IMG/VR virus record: IMGVR_UViG_3300044729_001198
Coordinates: 32,001-96,000 of that record
Reading direction: 5' to 3' (one strand)
Source: a virus
DNA length: 64,000 nt
The notes beneath the pieces are model-generated. The model ran no database searches. It saw only the letters and a list, made by a program, of their open reading frames with translations, and was not told the DNA's origin. Below are positions 21,914 to 32,270 of this stretch, in pieces. Both the position numbers and the translations under genes were made by a program. Position 1 is the first letter of the stretch; each line of letters opens with the position of its first letter.

Positions 21914-22413
21914 TACATACCCTTCTTCTTGGCGTCAATTGCTTTCATTAAAGCTGAATAGTCTTTTGTTAAAGCGTCAACAACAGCAGCACCAGCTTCA
22001 GTTTTTTGAAGTTGTTCTACCGATACCGACCTACCTTCTGCCGTTTCAAGAACTCCGCTTTGTATTGAACCAAACCCTTGAGCCACGTTAGATGTGAATA
22101 CACGACTACCGCCAGTTGAATTGATACTTCTCCACTCACCACTTTCGGCGGTCTCATTTAGTAAATTTGAAAACTTCCCACCAAATTGGACTGTTGCCTT
22201 TTTTGTTACAGTGTTTGTGGTGTTTGATTCAAATAGATGGTCAACGTCTAATGGGTCTTTTTCAACCTTTTTAGCTATCGGTTTTTTGTTGGAGGTCAGT
22301 TTCATTTCTTTCAAAATGGATTCACGAATGGCTTTTTCACGTTTAGCCATTTCTTTTTTAACCTCTTCTTTAACGATGATTTGAATCGCTTTAAATAGTT
22401 TATTTGTGTCCAT
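21913..22413 (-). CDS. Hypothetical protein
   Basis: 166 aa, helical; coupled to gp25; preceded by ATATTTAT. Confidence 0.6.
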   Translation of the reverse strand: MDTNKLFKAIQIIVKEEVKKEMAKREKAIRESILKEMKLTSNKKPIAKKVEKDPLDVDHLFESNTTNTVTKKATVQFGGKFSNLLNETAESGEWRSINSTGGSRVFTSNVAQGFGSIQSGVLETAEGRSVSVEQLQKTEAGAAVVDALTKDYSALMKAIDAKKKGM

Positions 22414-22436
22414 AGTAATAAATATCTTTAAATTAA

Positions 22437-23423
22437 TTATTGTTTCATTAATTGTAGCTTTACTAAAGCTTGTGTGAGTCCAGCCACATCCATGGGAACT
22501 CCAAGGCCGGTTAACAAAGCAGCTGCTTTATTAAGTTCGGTAGTAAGTAGTTCAATCGTATTTACAAGTTCATCAACATTAGATTTCCAATTTGGTGTAG
22601 AAATGTGAACTCCCTTACCACCACTTAAAATAATGTGGTCGTTTCGTGAGTTTAACACTAACCTATCAGAGGTTAATATCAATTGTGGTTTATTATAAAT
22701 TGAAACCGGCTGAACTCCTAATGTAATTTGTTGAGATAATTTTAACCCAACTTGCTGTTGAGAACACATCCAAATAGAAGTGTCATCTTTGTTAATATCT
22801 TCTACTACAAATTTATTATAACCCCGACTGACGCCAGCTCCATTTCTAAATATGGTAATTGGGGATTCGGGTTTAGTTGATGACCATGATGGTTCTATAG
22901 TAGCACCATCAATATACGGGTCTGATTTTTTAACATTTTTAGGAGTGTATCCAAATCGAATTGACTGACCAAATCTACCTTCAAATATCACATCACCAAT
23001 GTAACCTTGTAATTGTGATATGCTCGGCACCTCAACAAACCCATTACCAAGTTCCGGCTTTGAGTCGGTTGACGATACCGCAGGTATACCAGCAGAAGCT
23101 TGAGTTATAGCAGCAGCACCACTACCACCTGGTTTTAAATAATTTAAGGTTGGTAGTGAATTGTGGTTTATATTAAATTGTAACGATACAGGTGATATGT
23201 AATAATTTTTTATCTTTTTAGCAGTAGCTGATGATGCTGAATCAGAACCACCCACCACATAGATTTGTTCACCTATAATTGGTATTTGTCTTAAATTTAA
23301 AGATAAAGGATAACATTCAATATTAGAACCAACTCCACCAGATTGAGTTGAGGCTATAATTGAATTTATTTTATTAGGGTCTTTATCGTTTAGTATGACC
23401 TTTTGAACTGTGGCTAATTTCAT
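22437..23423 (-). CDS. Baseplate central spike, gp5/VgrG-like (no lysozyme domain)
   Basis: N-terminal OB-fold-like PIIGEQIYVV; GDVIFEGRFGQSIRFG; LILTSDRLVLNSR beta-helix-like segment. Confidence 0.7.
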   Translation of the reverse strand: MKLATVQKVILNDKDPNKINSIIASTQSGGVGSNIECYPLSLNLRQIPIIGEQIYVVGGSDSASSATAKKIKNYYISPVSLQFNINHNSLPTLNYLKPGGSGAAAITQASAGIPAVSSTDSKPELGNGFVEVPSISQLQGYIGDVIFEGRFGQSIRFGYTPKNVKKSDPYIDGATIEPSWSSTKPESPITIFRNGAGVSRGYNKFVVEDINKDDTSIWMCSQQQVGLKLSQQITLGVQPVSIYNKPQLILTSDRLVLNSRNDHIILSGGKGVHISTPNWKSNVDELVNTIELLTTELNKAAALLTGLGVPMDVAGLTQALVKLQLMKQ

Positions 23424-23797
23424 CTATCATCTCCATCGGATTCTTTAGGTAGGTCCTTTTCCACTTCGTCAATGGCAGCCATCAATTGTTTCTTTTCTTC
23501 GTCCGACAATATAAAACCACCGGTTTCAGCAGCAGCATTGTCTTTCATCATACGTTGTACTATAGCAGCCAACTTAATTAATGCGTCATCATTTTTAACA
23601 GACACATCAAGATATTCTTTAATCAAAGGCACGACAACAGCCGCATCGTTAAGGTTTCTAACGAGCGGCTCAAGTTGTGCTATCAGTAATTTAATTTGTC
23701 GGTCTTTCTTTTTCTGATTTTCATAAATGTCCTTCATTAAATCTGAAAATGACTTACCTCTAAATATTTCATCGTTTTTATCCATTGAATTCTCCAA
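23420..23797 (-). CDS. Hypothetical helical protein
   Basis: 125 aa; overlaps both neighbours in operon fashion. Confidence 0.6.
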   Translation of the reverse strand: MENSMDKNDEIFRGKSFSDLMKDIYENQKKKDRQIKLLIAQLEPLVRNLNDAAVVVPLIKEYLDVSVKNDDALIKLAAIVQRMMKDNAAAETGGFILSDEEKKQLMAAIDEVEKDLPKESDGDDR

Positions 23798-24503
23798 TCC
23801 GATGTGTTATACTCATATTATCACCTCTACTATAGTCGGAGTATAATGTAGCGTAAATGATTTTCATTTTACCAACTACCTTTGTGATATATTGAGTTTG
23901 AACACCAGTTCGTTCTCTAATAAGTATGTACAGAGCCTTTTTGTTATACGAATATAAGTTTTGTCGTGTTCTAAACAATTCCGTTAAAGCATCTGCGATT
24001 TTTCTATCTCTATCTTTTTCAAATAAGGTGTATATGTTAGAGTCCATATATCTAACATAGTAATCCATAAAATCAGATTGAGTTTCGTATTGTTGTGATT
24101 GCCAAACCTCATTTACAATATTACGAGAGGTATCAATCATATCAACCTCTTCTCGCGCTTTAAATTGAGCATAGTTTTGATTGTTCTCATTGAATAGATA
24201 GTTTCTTGCAATTACCGTGAAGTATGAAAAGGCTCTACCATTTTCACCTTTGAATTTATGAATCTTTTCATTTAAAAACGCAACTACATTTTGTTTGACA
24301 TCTTCGTATGGTACATCAAAGTAATAAGTCTTGTAAGTGTGAATTACATTCTCGACTAATTTGTCAAATGGATAATGAATAAACCTATTATAGATTTTAT
24401 TCTTTAATCGTTGGTCATCACACTTATTATAAGCGTTGATAGCGATTTCAGTTATCGCTGTAAAATACCTCTTACTCTTTGGTTTCGTCGCCCTTCTCGC
24501 CAT
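23778..24503 (-). CDS. Phage sigma factor, T4 gp55-like (late transcription)
   Basis: YFT...AINAY...DKLVENVIH...KIHKF...RAFSYFTVIARNYL parallels sigma region 2 (FAYFT) of gp55-like proteins. Confidence 0.7.
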   Translation of the reverse strand: MARRATKPKSKRYFTAITEIAINAYNKCDDQRLKNKIYNRFIHYPFDKLVENVIHTYKTYYFDVPYEDVKQNVVAFLNEKIHKFKGENGRAFSYFTVIARNYLFNENNQNYAQFKAREEVDMIDTSRNIVNEVWQSQQYETQSDFMDYYVRYMDSNIYTLFEKDRDRKIADALTELFRTRQNLYSYNKKALYILIRERTGVQTQYITKVVGKMKIIYATLYSDYSRGDNMSITHRIGEFNG

Positions 24504-24780
24504 AGTATGTCTCTAAATCTTCAATAATTTGATACATCTCTTTAAAGATGAATCCGGTTTCGTCATCAGCTTCAAATGAGCCGATTCTATCAATCTCTTT
24601 CATACGAGCCACAGCAGCATCAATATGTCCTGCCATATTTGATAGTTGTACTTCAGCTGCTTCATATTCAGTATATAAAGCATCGTACTCATATTCTAAA
24701 GCTTCATATTTTTTGAAAAGATTGTATGTGATATAAGAAAGAACACTTACAATTAGTAATAATATAATAATAGTCATCAT
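24472..24780 (-). CDS. Membrane-anchored coiled-coil protein
   Basis: N-terminal hydrophobic helix IIILLLIVSVLSYI. Confidence 0.6.
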   Translation of the reverse strand: MMTIIILLLIVSVLSYITYNLFKKYEALEYEYDALYTEYEAAEVQLSNMAGHIDAAVARMKEIDRIGSFEADDETGFIFKEMYQIIEDLETYYGEKGDETKE

Positions 24781-24782
24781 AA

Positions 24783-25574
24783 TTAGTCTTCAATTAAATC
24801 TTTAAAAGCGTCAAATACATTTGTCGAATCAAACCCACCAGAAAGTGTATTTGACATAACATCTCCTAATTTCGCTTTAGTAGCAGGTCTACCATTTGGG
24901 TTTCTTGTTGATTTTTCAGCTGACATTTCTTTCAACCAACGTTCGTTTTCAAATCGTGCAGCAAACAAGTCAGCCGTATGCATGATGAATGGTAGTGAGG
25001 TTTTGATTGCCTGGTCCTTATCGAACTTGATAAAATACTCTTTATTGTTTTCATCATACAAACCATCGGTAAGTTTAATACCAATCCACTCTTCTTGACT
25101 ACACTTAACACCAAACTGATTGAGTAAATAAAACGTTCTATCGGTAAGATTCATCCAATGGATATTTGAATTGTATTTGTAAATCTTACCTTGATTTTTA
25201 ACATGCCACTCGGAATCGTTTTTGATATACAAATCTTCCTCAAGTGTTCCCAGTTTTCCAAGGTCATGGTGAAGTGCTGTAAAGATTACGTTTTCACGGG
25301 TGTAGTCTCCTTGACCCATACCAAGTTCAGTATATAGGTCGTATACCTTTAAAGCGTTCTTGGTCACACGAAGAACGTGGTCAATATATCCACCTGGAAA
25401 AGCATTGTGAAAATGTTCAGTAGATGATGCGGGTGTATAAATGATACGTTCCTCAAAGTGGTCGTACATTTTATTTAAAGCATCAAGACGTTCGCCTGTA
25501 AATGTTTTGTTGATTACGGAACGGAACTTTTCATAGTTGGATACCAACTCTTCTGCGGTAAAATAGTTAATCAT
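24783..25574 (-). CDS. HD-domain phosphohydrolase
   Basis: H...GGYIDHVLRV...LHHDLGK...HTAD. Confidence 0.85.
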   Translation of the reverse strand: MINYFTAEELVSNYEKFRSVINKTFTGERLDALNKMYDHFEERIIYTPASSTEHFHNAFPGGYIDHVLRVTKNALKVYDLYTELGMGQGDYTRENVIFTALHHDLGKLGTLEEDLYIKNDSEWHVKNQGKIYKYNSNIHWMNLTDRTFYLLNQFGVKCSQEEWIGIKLTDGLYDENNKEYFIKFDKDQAIKTSLPFIMHTADLFAARFENERWLKEMSAEKSTRNPNGRPATKAKLGDVMSNTLSGGFDSTNVFDAFKDLIED

Positions 25575-25577
25575 ATA

Positions 25578-26213
25578 TTATATAATTTGGTCAATAATTC
25601 CAAGTTCAAGTGCTTGTTCAGCATTTAAGAAGTAATCTGATTTTTGATTCTCTTCCCAATACGTTTTATCTTTTTTAGTGAATTGCCCCATTAACTCATT
25701 ACATTCATCCTCAAGTTGTTCGGAGAATTTAGCATTTGATTTAACATCACTTAATTTACCAATGGCAAATGTGGATAATTGGTGAACCATGATTTTGGAG
25801 TGTTTACTTGCGGTTCGAGTACCCGTACCAGCCGCCAATAATAAAGCAGCAGCGGACATAGCCATACCTCTACAAATTATATTAAACGTGACTCCTTGAG
25901 ATTTCATACTATGAATATAGTCGATTAAAGCAAGAGTCTCCACCACATCACCACCCGGTGAGTTAAGCATAACATTAATTACACTAGCGTCTTTGTTTAT
26001 TTTACGAATCAATCTCACTTTAGAGATTACATCAAAAGTTAAACCATGTACAATCTCGTCTTGAATTAAAATTACATTATCAGTAAAGTCAATACCATAA
26101 TCAAATTCACGAAAATATTTTCTTTGGTTATCGGTATCACTACCATCAACATTAGTGTCTTCAAATCTAATGTTGGTGGTGTCACCGGTAGTAGTTACAT
26201 ACAATTCATCCAT
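25578..26213 (-). CDS. clpP: ClpP-family serine protease
   Basis: NSPGGDV, AMSAAA (Ser), IMVHQ (His), DYFLNAEQALELGIIDQI (Asp). Confidence 0.9.
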   Translation of the reverse strand: MDELYVTTTGDTTNIRFEDTNVDGSDTDNQRKYFREFDYGIDFTDNVILIQDEIVHGLTFDVISKVRLIRKINKDASVINVMLNSPGGDVVETLALIDYIHSMKSQGVTFNIICRGMAMSAAALLLAAGTGTRTASKHSKIMVHQLSTFAIGKLSDVKSNAKFSEQLEDECNELMGQFTKKDKTYWEENQKSDYFLNAEQALELGIIDQII

Positions 26214-26267
26214 AACTTTTTATATTATATTAAATCAAATATACGAAATTCTTTTGAAGAATCCAAA

Positions 26268-27392
26268 TTATTTTTGATATCTTTTTGCATTAGCATATGT
26301 ATGCTGATGTCTTGGTGCTGGTGGATTTTTTACTTCACCATACAACTCTTTAGCAACCTCATCATCAGTTGGTACAAATATTACTTCTTCTTTTTCTTTT
26401 TTAATTTGTTCTTCAATTGGTCTATCTTCAATCTCAATTGTGTCTTCATTTGTTTCGATTGGTTCTCCGATTGTAGTTTCTGGTTGTAATACTTCTTCAT
26501 CAACGGAGTCGCTAATAAGAACCCCATCGCCAATGTGAATATCAGTAGTGTTATCATTGATACTATTTGATTGATTTCCATCAGTTTCCTTTTTTGTTTT
26601 AGTTAATTTATTTAAAGCGATAACCATAGAAATGGCTAACGGGTCGAATACGAATACAATCAAAAGGGTAAACCAGTTCACGATTACATTCATAGGTTTG
26701 CCTGTGATTTCAGACATATATCGTAACGGACCAACTTCGGCGGCTACCTCATTGTTGGTTTGTAAATCCAATACTTGTAAATCTAATTGGGTAACTGAAT
26801 CAGTTAATACCTCTATTTTTTTGGATACGGATTCTCGTTGTTCAACGGCTGTTGTAAGTTGTGACTCCAATGCTCTACGTTGTGCCGATGATGTAGATGT
26901 AATTATATTACCATTCCTATCAACACGAGATTGTGTGTTGTTAGCCAAACCACCACGGAGCCCATTTATGGATTCATTGAGTTTTGATTTTTCATCAGTA
27001 TAGTAAGTTAGTTGTTCTTGAAATCGAGACTTCTTTAACTCAACAACCTCAACCATTTTATCAGTAACACCCAACTTGTCAGCGGTGGATTGATATGCTG
27101 ATGTTAAGAATCCATAGATACCAGCCGAGGTGATTAACATCAGTACACCTACAGCTAACGTTAGATACCATTTCATCCAACCAGCTTTACTCCAATGGTT
27201 GTGTAGGTATGAAGCAAGTATGAGTTTAGAGAACTCAAGAGCTCCGGCCATTATGATTACTTCAGTTCTAGCTCCAGCAAACAAGGAACTTAAACCAAAC
27301 ACGGAATAGTAAGCCGCTGAACCGGCTAATGCAAACGTACTGATAACCATCAGAACGATGAACCCATTTTCCCTTGTTAAAAACTTTTTCAT
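26268..27392 (-). CDS. Multi-TM membrane protein with long coiled coil and acidic tail
   Basis: Three N-terminal hydrophobic helices, central coiled coil, VFVFDPLAI helix. Confidence 0.7.
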   Translation of the reverse strand: MKKFLTRENGFIVLMVISTFALAGSAAYYSVFGLSSLFAGARTEVIIMAGALEFSKLILASYLHNHWSKAGWMKWYLTLAVGVLMLITSAGIYGFLTSAYQSTADKLGVTDKMVEVVELKKSRFQEQLTYYTDEKSKLNESINGLRGGLANNTQSRVDRNGNIITSTSSAQRRALESQLTTAVEQRESVSKKIEVLTDSVTQLDLQVLDLQTNNEVAAEVGPLRYMSEITGKPMNVIVNWFTLLIVFVFDPLAISMVIALNKLTKTKKETDGNQSNSINDNTTDIHIGDGVLISDSVDEEVLQPETTIGEPIETNEDTIEIEDRPIEEQIKKEKEEVIFVPTDDEVAKELYGEVKNPPAPRHQHTYANAKRYQK

Positions 27393-27537
27393 TTTTTTTC
27401 CTAAAACCTAATTTTATTAACTTTCTAATCTGTACTTATTATCACAATCAAGTTACTGATAACCGCTTAACGCTTAAGCAAACAAGCTGCTTGTGACTAA
27501 CATAAATATCAAGCAGATTGTTAATAATAATATATTA

Positions 27538-28467
27538 TTAAGCATTGCCCATATTATGCCCCTTTGGGTGTTTACCAAATTTGGAAATGTAATCTAACAC
27601 AGTCAGTTCTTTCATCTTGGCTTCAATGTCAATATCAAGGTCATGACCATATGTATTGATTTCCGAATAGATGAAGTCAGAGTGTGCTTGTGGTTTAGCA
27701 GTAGGGTCTTCTAACGTCTTTGATTCTGAATAGTGGACAAGTGGTTTGACATCACCCCAAGTAGACATAGCAAGTTCAAGGGCTTCTTGTTCGGTCAGTC
27801 CGCCAGTATTGAATGTATGGTGGTGGTAGTCGAACACAATAGGGATACCAGTACGTTCGTGGATATACATAAGGTCTTTAACTGAATACATACTACCTTT
27901 GTCATCATTCTCAACAGTCAGTCGTGTTTGAACTGATTCTGGTAACAATTCAAAATTCTTACAAAATCTATCCATAGCAGATTGCTTGTCACCATACACA
28001 CCATTACAATGGATGTTAATAAGGTTGTACGGACTACGTTCCAATCCCATAAGGTCAAAGTGTTCACCATGAATAGATAAGTCTTTGATGGTGTTCTTAA
28101 CCACGTTCTCGTTAGGTGATACTAACACATTGAATGGACCAGGATGAGACGTGATACGTTGATTGTACATATTAGCGAGACTACCGGCACCACGAAGTAC
28201 ATTTGAAAACTTGTCAAAGTCTGGCATATCTGATAACTGAAATTCAGTAGCCCATGGTACAAGGTCCGATGTCATACGAAATAGTCCGAACCCATTTTGG
28301 TGATTCCACTTGATAATCTCTACAAGGTCACGAGCGTTTTGGAGTGCTAGATTGGATGACCTACTAATACCTTCCTTGAGAAATGTCTTCTTGACCATAG
28401 AACGATTTGTGGTAATCTTTTGTTTACCAAGGGTCATGTTAATACAGCAATATCCTAATTGTGTCAT
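27538..28467 (-). CDS. uvsE: UV DNA damage endonuclease
   Basis: GYCCIN, FRMTSD, SHPG, VENDD, FDYHHH, HYSES, AHSD, EAKMKE motifs. Confidence 0.93.
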   Translation of the reverse strand: MTQLGYCCINMTLGKQKITTNRSMVKKTFLKEGISRSSNLALQNARDLVEIIKWNHQNGFGLFRMTSDLVPWATEFQLSDMPDFDKFSNVLRGAGSLANMYNQRITSHPGPFNVLVSPNENVVKNTIKDLSIHGEHFDLMGLERSPYNLINIHCNGVYGDKQSAMDRFCKNFELLPESVQTRLTVENDDKGSMYSVKDLMYIHERTGIPIVFDYHHHTFNTGGLTEQEALELAMSTWGDVKPLVHYSESKTLEDPTAKPQAHSDFIYSEINTYGHDLDIDIEAKMKELTVLDYISKFGKHPKGHNMGNA

Positions 28468-28532
28468 ATCTTTTAGTTATATACAAATGTAATAAAAAAA
28501 AAGGACTTATACAAGCCCTTTTTCATTTTTAT

Positions 28533-29657
28533 TTAAAGTTTTTCAAATTTAGGTTTTAACGCCTTCCAAATTATCTTATCATAATCCTTACCATCCCACA
28601 TAGCAAACATGATTGATTTTGCAATTGGATGATGGTCTTTGATATGTTCGGCAAATTGTTTTTTAGTTGGTTCTGGGTCAACATCACCATATTTACCAAA
28701 CCTAAAGTAATCGTAGGTTTTACCTAATTGATTCCAGTATTGGTAGTACCCATATTTAAGAGTTGAAACATAAAGCTTTATCTTTGTATAAAACTCATCA
28801 GGAACATCTTTAAGAATGTCATCTATATTACCACCACTTGATACTACTTCCCAAATTGAGGTTGTAGACAAATTGGTCATTATTTTATGTAAACGAACAT
28901 ATTCTTCAAATTTGATTTTCATTCTAAAATTACCTGGGTGGAATCTTAAAACAAAACCCTCTTTGTTAATTTCATTCTTTTCCTTCAATGACTTATAAAG
29001 TTCATCAGAGAAATTAAAGTGTTGTTCAGTTTTAACAATGTCTGATTTTTTAATTCCATTTCCAGCAAAGATAGAACAAGCAGTTGTCCAATGAAGTTCG
29101 ATTTCGTCTGTCGGTTTCCAACCTGTAAATCCTTCGTTTAAAACCACCGATAGAAAAACTACCGTTTCTTTACCATAATCTACTACAATTCGGTTTTCAG
29201 GATAAATGATTTCTACAAGGTAAGCATATTCCCTCATCCAAACATTATCAAAGACCGGATAGTTTCTTTTAAGAATTTCCATACCTCTGATTGCTTGGTC
29301 TGAAGTAAATGAACCACGAGTTGCCATAACCCACTCACCTTCGTAGTTAAATAGGATACCCAACGAACCGTCCATTTTTTCTTGGACATAGACATAATCC
29401 CCTTTAGTAGGAATTTGACTTTCACTCCACTTACCACCCACTAACTCTTCGTAATTAAAGAATTTTTTAAATGGACGTACTATTACTTTACCAGAATCCG
29501 TGTTGGTTATAAGACCTCGACATTGAATGGTTACATCATCCCATAGACTCTCATATTGAACCTTTTCAGTATAGTTCCAAATAGTAAGTGGTAACGTGGG
29601 ATGTGTCTGACTATACAACAACCCATCCGATTCATATTTTTTAAGTACGTCTAACAT
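28533..29657 (-). CDS. RNA ligase, T4 Rnl1-like
   Basis: CRGL, KKFFN, adenylation motif QEKMDGSLG, EGFVL, MKIKFEEYVRLH. Confidence 0.9.
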   Translation of the reverse strand: MLDVLKKYESDGLLYSQTHPTLPLTIWNYTEKVQYESLWDDVTIQCRGLITNTDSGKVIVRPFKKFFNYEELVGGKWSESQIPTKGDYVYVQEKMDGSLGILFNYEGEWVMATRGSFTSDQAIRGMEILKRNYPVFDNVWMREYAYLVEIIYPENRIVVDYGKETVVFLSVVLNEGFTGWKPTDEIELHWTTACSIFAGNGIKKSDIVKTEQHFNFSDELYKSLKEKNEINKEGFVLRFHPGNFRMKIKFEEYVRLHKIMTNLSTTSIWEVVSSGGNIDDILKDVPDEFYTKIKLYVSTLKYGYYQYWNQLGKTYDYFRFGKYGDVDPEPTKKQFAEHIKDHHPIAKSIMFAMWDGKDYDKIIWKALKPKFEKL

Positions 29658-30067
29658 AACTTCAATTCAAATCGATTTTTCATTTGTTCTAACTTATCGT
29701 CAGGCACACCATGTACGTTTACACCACCATGTCTATTTTCAACTACTAATGAGTAAACTCTATATCCATATTGTTTAGCCAATTCAAAGTATGTTTGCAT
29801 TTCCCATTCTTGGGTAAATGTATTTGATACTACAATTTTTCGATAGAATTGGTCATTAACCAAAGAATCTTTCATATAAGTTTCAACTGTATTTCTACAA
29901 AACTCATGTGCATCTTTTAATTTAGAACCATCAAAGTTGTAGTTACCTTCTTTATCATAAAAATACTTATCAGCTTCACATATTAAGAAATCACTTCCTA
30001 CTATTGAATTTGCTAATGTTGATTTACCACTGCCGGGCAATCCTCTTAATAAAAATAACTCTTTCAT
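29651..30067 (-). CDS. P-loop polynucleotide kinase-like (AAA_33)
   Basis: RGLPGSGKSTLA, EADKYF, VVSNTF, HGVP. Confidence 0.85.
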   Translation of the reverse strand: MKELFLLRGLPGSGKSTLANSIVGSDFLICEADKYFYDKEGNYNFDGSKLKDAHEFCRNTVETYMKDSLVNDQFYRKIVVSNTFTQEWEMQTYFELAKQYGYRVYSLVVENRHGGVNVHGVPDDKLEQMKNRFELKLC

Positions 30068-30714
30068 ATTAATCTTTTTTCGTGATGGTCTTTAGGTAAA
30101 CATAATTTTTTAATAGGTCGGTCTTTTAACAAGTCTAAAATTTCAACAAGTTCGATTGGGTATAGTTCGTTACCATCCATACCAACATCCATAGCACGAC
30201 CCTCGGCAATACGATGTTGTGGATACAGGTGACAATGACCATGTAAGTGCATTATACCAGCATTCATGTTATCCCAACTTGCAATTGGATAATGCATACA
30301 CACAAATGAAAACTTATCTACAAATTTACCATTTGGGATTCGTAAGTCAAGATACAAATACTCATGGATTGACTTGAACAACCTCTGAATGTTTTCTTTA
30401 TTTCTACGAATGTGGTGGTCGTGGTTACCAAGAACCAAGTGTATGTTTTTACAAAGAATCCTATTCCTAAACTCTTCAATCTTATCAAACCCACCAAACG
30501 ACCAATCTCCCATGTGAATCAAAACATCGTTTTCACCCACCACCTCGTTGATGTTGTTCACAATAGCATCGTTCATCTCTTCAATAGAATCAAAGTGACG
30601 AGCGGTATCATCAGCATCCTTCCAATTCGTGGTAGCTGAACAAATGTTTGCGTGACTATAATGGGTATCGGATGTGAACCACAATCGTTGACCCTTTTCT
30701 AATACTAATTTCAT
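30064..30714 (-). CDS. Calcineurin-like metallophosphoesterase
   Basis: SDTH, GD, GNHD, HYP, HGHCH motifs. Confidence 0.88.
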   Translation of the reverse strand: MKLVLEKGQRLWFTSDTHYSHANICSATTNWKDADDTARHFDSIEEMNDAIVNNINEVVGENDVLIHMGDWSFGGFDKIEEFRNRILCKNIHLVLGNHDHHIRRNKENIQRLFKSIHEYLYLDLRIPNGKFVDKFSFVCMHYPIASWDNMNAGIMHLHGHCHLYPQHRIAEGRAMDVGMDGNELYPIELVEILDLLKDRPIKKLCLPKDHHEKRLI

Positions 30715-30735
30715 AATACAAATGTAAATAAAAAA

Positions 30736-30755
30736 GGGGACTTAAACAAGCCCCC
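30736..30755 (-). terminator. Hairpin GGGGGCTT-GTTT-AAGTCCCC + T-tract after hsp20, overlapping the next promoter
   Basis: Identical 20-mer at 36248 and 38683; variant at 28501. Confidence 0.65.
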
Positions 30756-30777
30756 TTTGTTAAAAAATTGTTAAGTT

Positions 30778-31155
30778 TTACTTTATCTTAACACGAACGG
30801 ATTCTTTTTTAGAACTTTTAACTTTGGGGATTCTAACAATCAAAATACCATTCTTTAATTCAGCCGTAGTTGATTCGGTATCAAAGCTTGAATTAATCTT
30901 GTACTTACGAGAAAAATGTCTAACTGAATTTTCAGCGTTCATAACCAAGACTCCCTCTTCAATGTTAATTGATACTTCGTCTTTTTCAAAACCGGGAATT
31001 TCAAATTCCATTTTTAATTCTGAATCAGTAACTTCCATGTGGTCATTTCTGATATCATAGTTTGTAGCAGCTGTTGACCACAAACTAAAATCTTTGTCGT
31101 CTAATAGATGTTTTAATAACGATGTCATAAATTTCTCCTTTTTTTGATATACCAT
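30778..31155 (-). CDS. Small heat-shock protein Hsp20
   Basis: EIPGFEKDEVSI...FSRKY...AELKNGILIVRIPK alpha-crystallin motifs. Confidence 0.9.
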   Translation of the reverse strand: MVYQKKEKFMTSLLKHLLDDKDFSLWSTAATNYDIRNDHMEVTDSELKMEFEIPGFEKDEVSINIEEGVLVMNAENSVRHFSRKYKINSSFDTESTTAELKNGILIVRIPKVKSSKKESVRVKIK

Positions 31156-31194
31156 TTACCAATGTCATACCAATCTTAATTTCATGACATATTG

Positions 31195-31545
31195 TCAGTT
31201 AACTGACCTTGCTGGTGTAGTTCCAATCAGGTTATATATGTCAACATTTCCTTTATTCTCACGAAATGTCAGGATTAACCCATCCATCATAAAAGTTCCT
31301 ATGGTCTTTTTTCTTAAAACAGCATCATCACACTTTATAAGAAATGCATTTTCAGTAATAATAACATCTATATCTAACGGATGTGATTGAGGTGAATTGA
31401 AATCAATACCATCAATAGTTTCAGAGTCGTAATTAAAGAACTCATAGATGTATTCTAATTTATCTGTATCTGACATCGACATGAAGAAATCAAACTCTTC
31501 AGCATCCCAAATCCAATCAGAGTCTTCCATATACAACCCTCCCAT
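31195..31545 (-). CDS. Hypothetical acidic protein
   Basis: ORF track; coding-like, in gene-dense run. Confidence 0.55.
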   Translation of the reverse strand: MGGLYMEDSDWIWDAEEFDFFMSMSDTDKLEYIYEFFNYDSETIDGIDFNSPQSHPLDIDVIITENAFLIKCDDAVLRKKTIGTFMMDGLILTFRENKGNVDIYNLIGTTPARSVN

Positions 31546-31559
31546 ATTATATAAGTATT

Positions 31560-31913
31560 TTATTTATGGGATTTGTATATGTCATTCAAAAAAAGTAAAC
31601 CCTCTTTAGACATTGCGGTTTCTGATTCTGAAATATAATCCATACAAATTTTTATAAAATTTTTAGAAAATTCATCGGTTACTTTCCAATACACTTCAGT
31701 TAGCTTATCCATCATACGAACCTTATACTCTTCCGATATTGGAGTATCTGATGTTAGATACATTTTAACTTTAGATGATACTATAGTAAAAACGGGGTCT
31801 CGTTTATCTCTTATGATTTCGATGACCCCGCTTGTACCTGTTAACCAATCTTTTAAATCTGAAGATTCAGAATCAGACCCCATGTTCACTATCTTACTAA
31901 TAAGGTCTGCCAT
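31560..31913 (-). CDS. Hypothetical protein
   Basis: ORF track; tight spacing. Confidence 0.55.
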   Translation of the reverse strand: MADLISKIVNMGSDSESSDLKDWLTGTSGVIEIIRDKRDPVFTIVSSKVKMYLTSDTPISEEYKVRMMDKLTEVYWKVTDEFSKNFIKICMDYISESETAMSKEGLLFLNDIYKSHK

Positions 31914-31917
31914 CTTT

Positions 31918-32220
31918 TTAATTTAAAGTACCAATTCTAAATCTTTTTTGTGAACTTGTCACAGCATCATCCAAGGTGTGAATGATTCTTTCAGCCTCTG
32001 CTTTAGTAATAGCAATTTCATGATTACCAACAATCAGCATACCAATTTCAGTAGCGTTACGAATTGGATAGTCTTCCGGTTTTAAATCTGGATTAAATTG
32101 AAAGTCAATTGTATTCCATTTAGAACCAAAGGCTTTTTCCAAACGAGCTTCTTCAGATGACGCTACACCAAAAGCATTATTAACGAAGCTTTTGTGATTT
32201 GTTTTATTGTATTTTTGCAT
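31918..32220 (-). CDS. Hypothetical protein
   Basis: ORF track; preceded by ATATTTAT. Confidence 0.6.
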   Translation of the reverse strand: MQKYNKTNHKSFVNNAFGVASSEEARLEKAFGSKWNTIDFQFNPDLKPEDYPIRNATEIGMLIVGNHEIAITKAEAERIIHTLDDAVTSSQKRFRIGTLN

Positions 32221-32270
32221 AACGATATAAATTTATTTGATAATAAATATCGTCACCAACATTAATAAAA

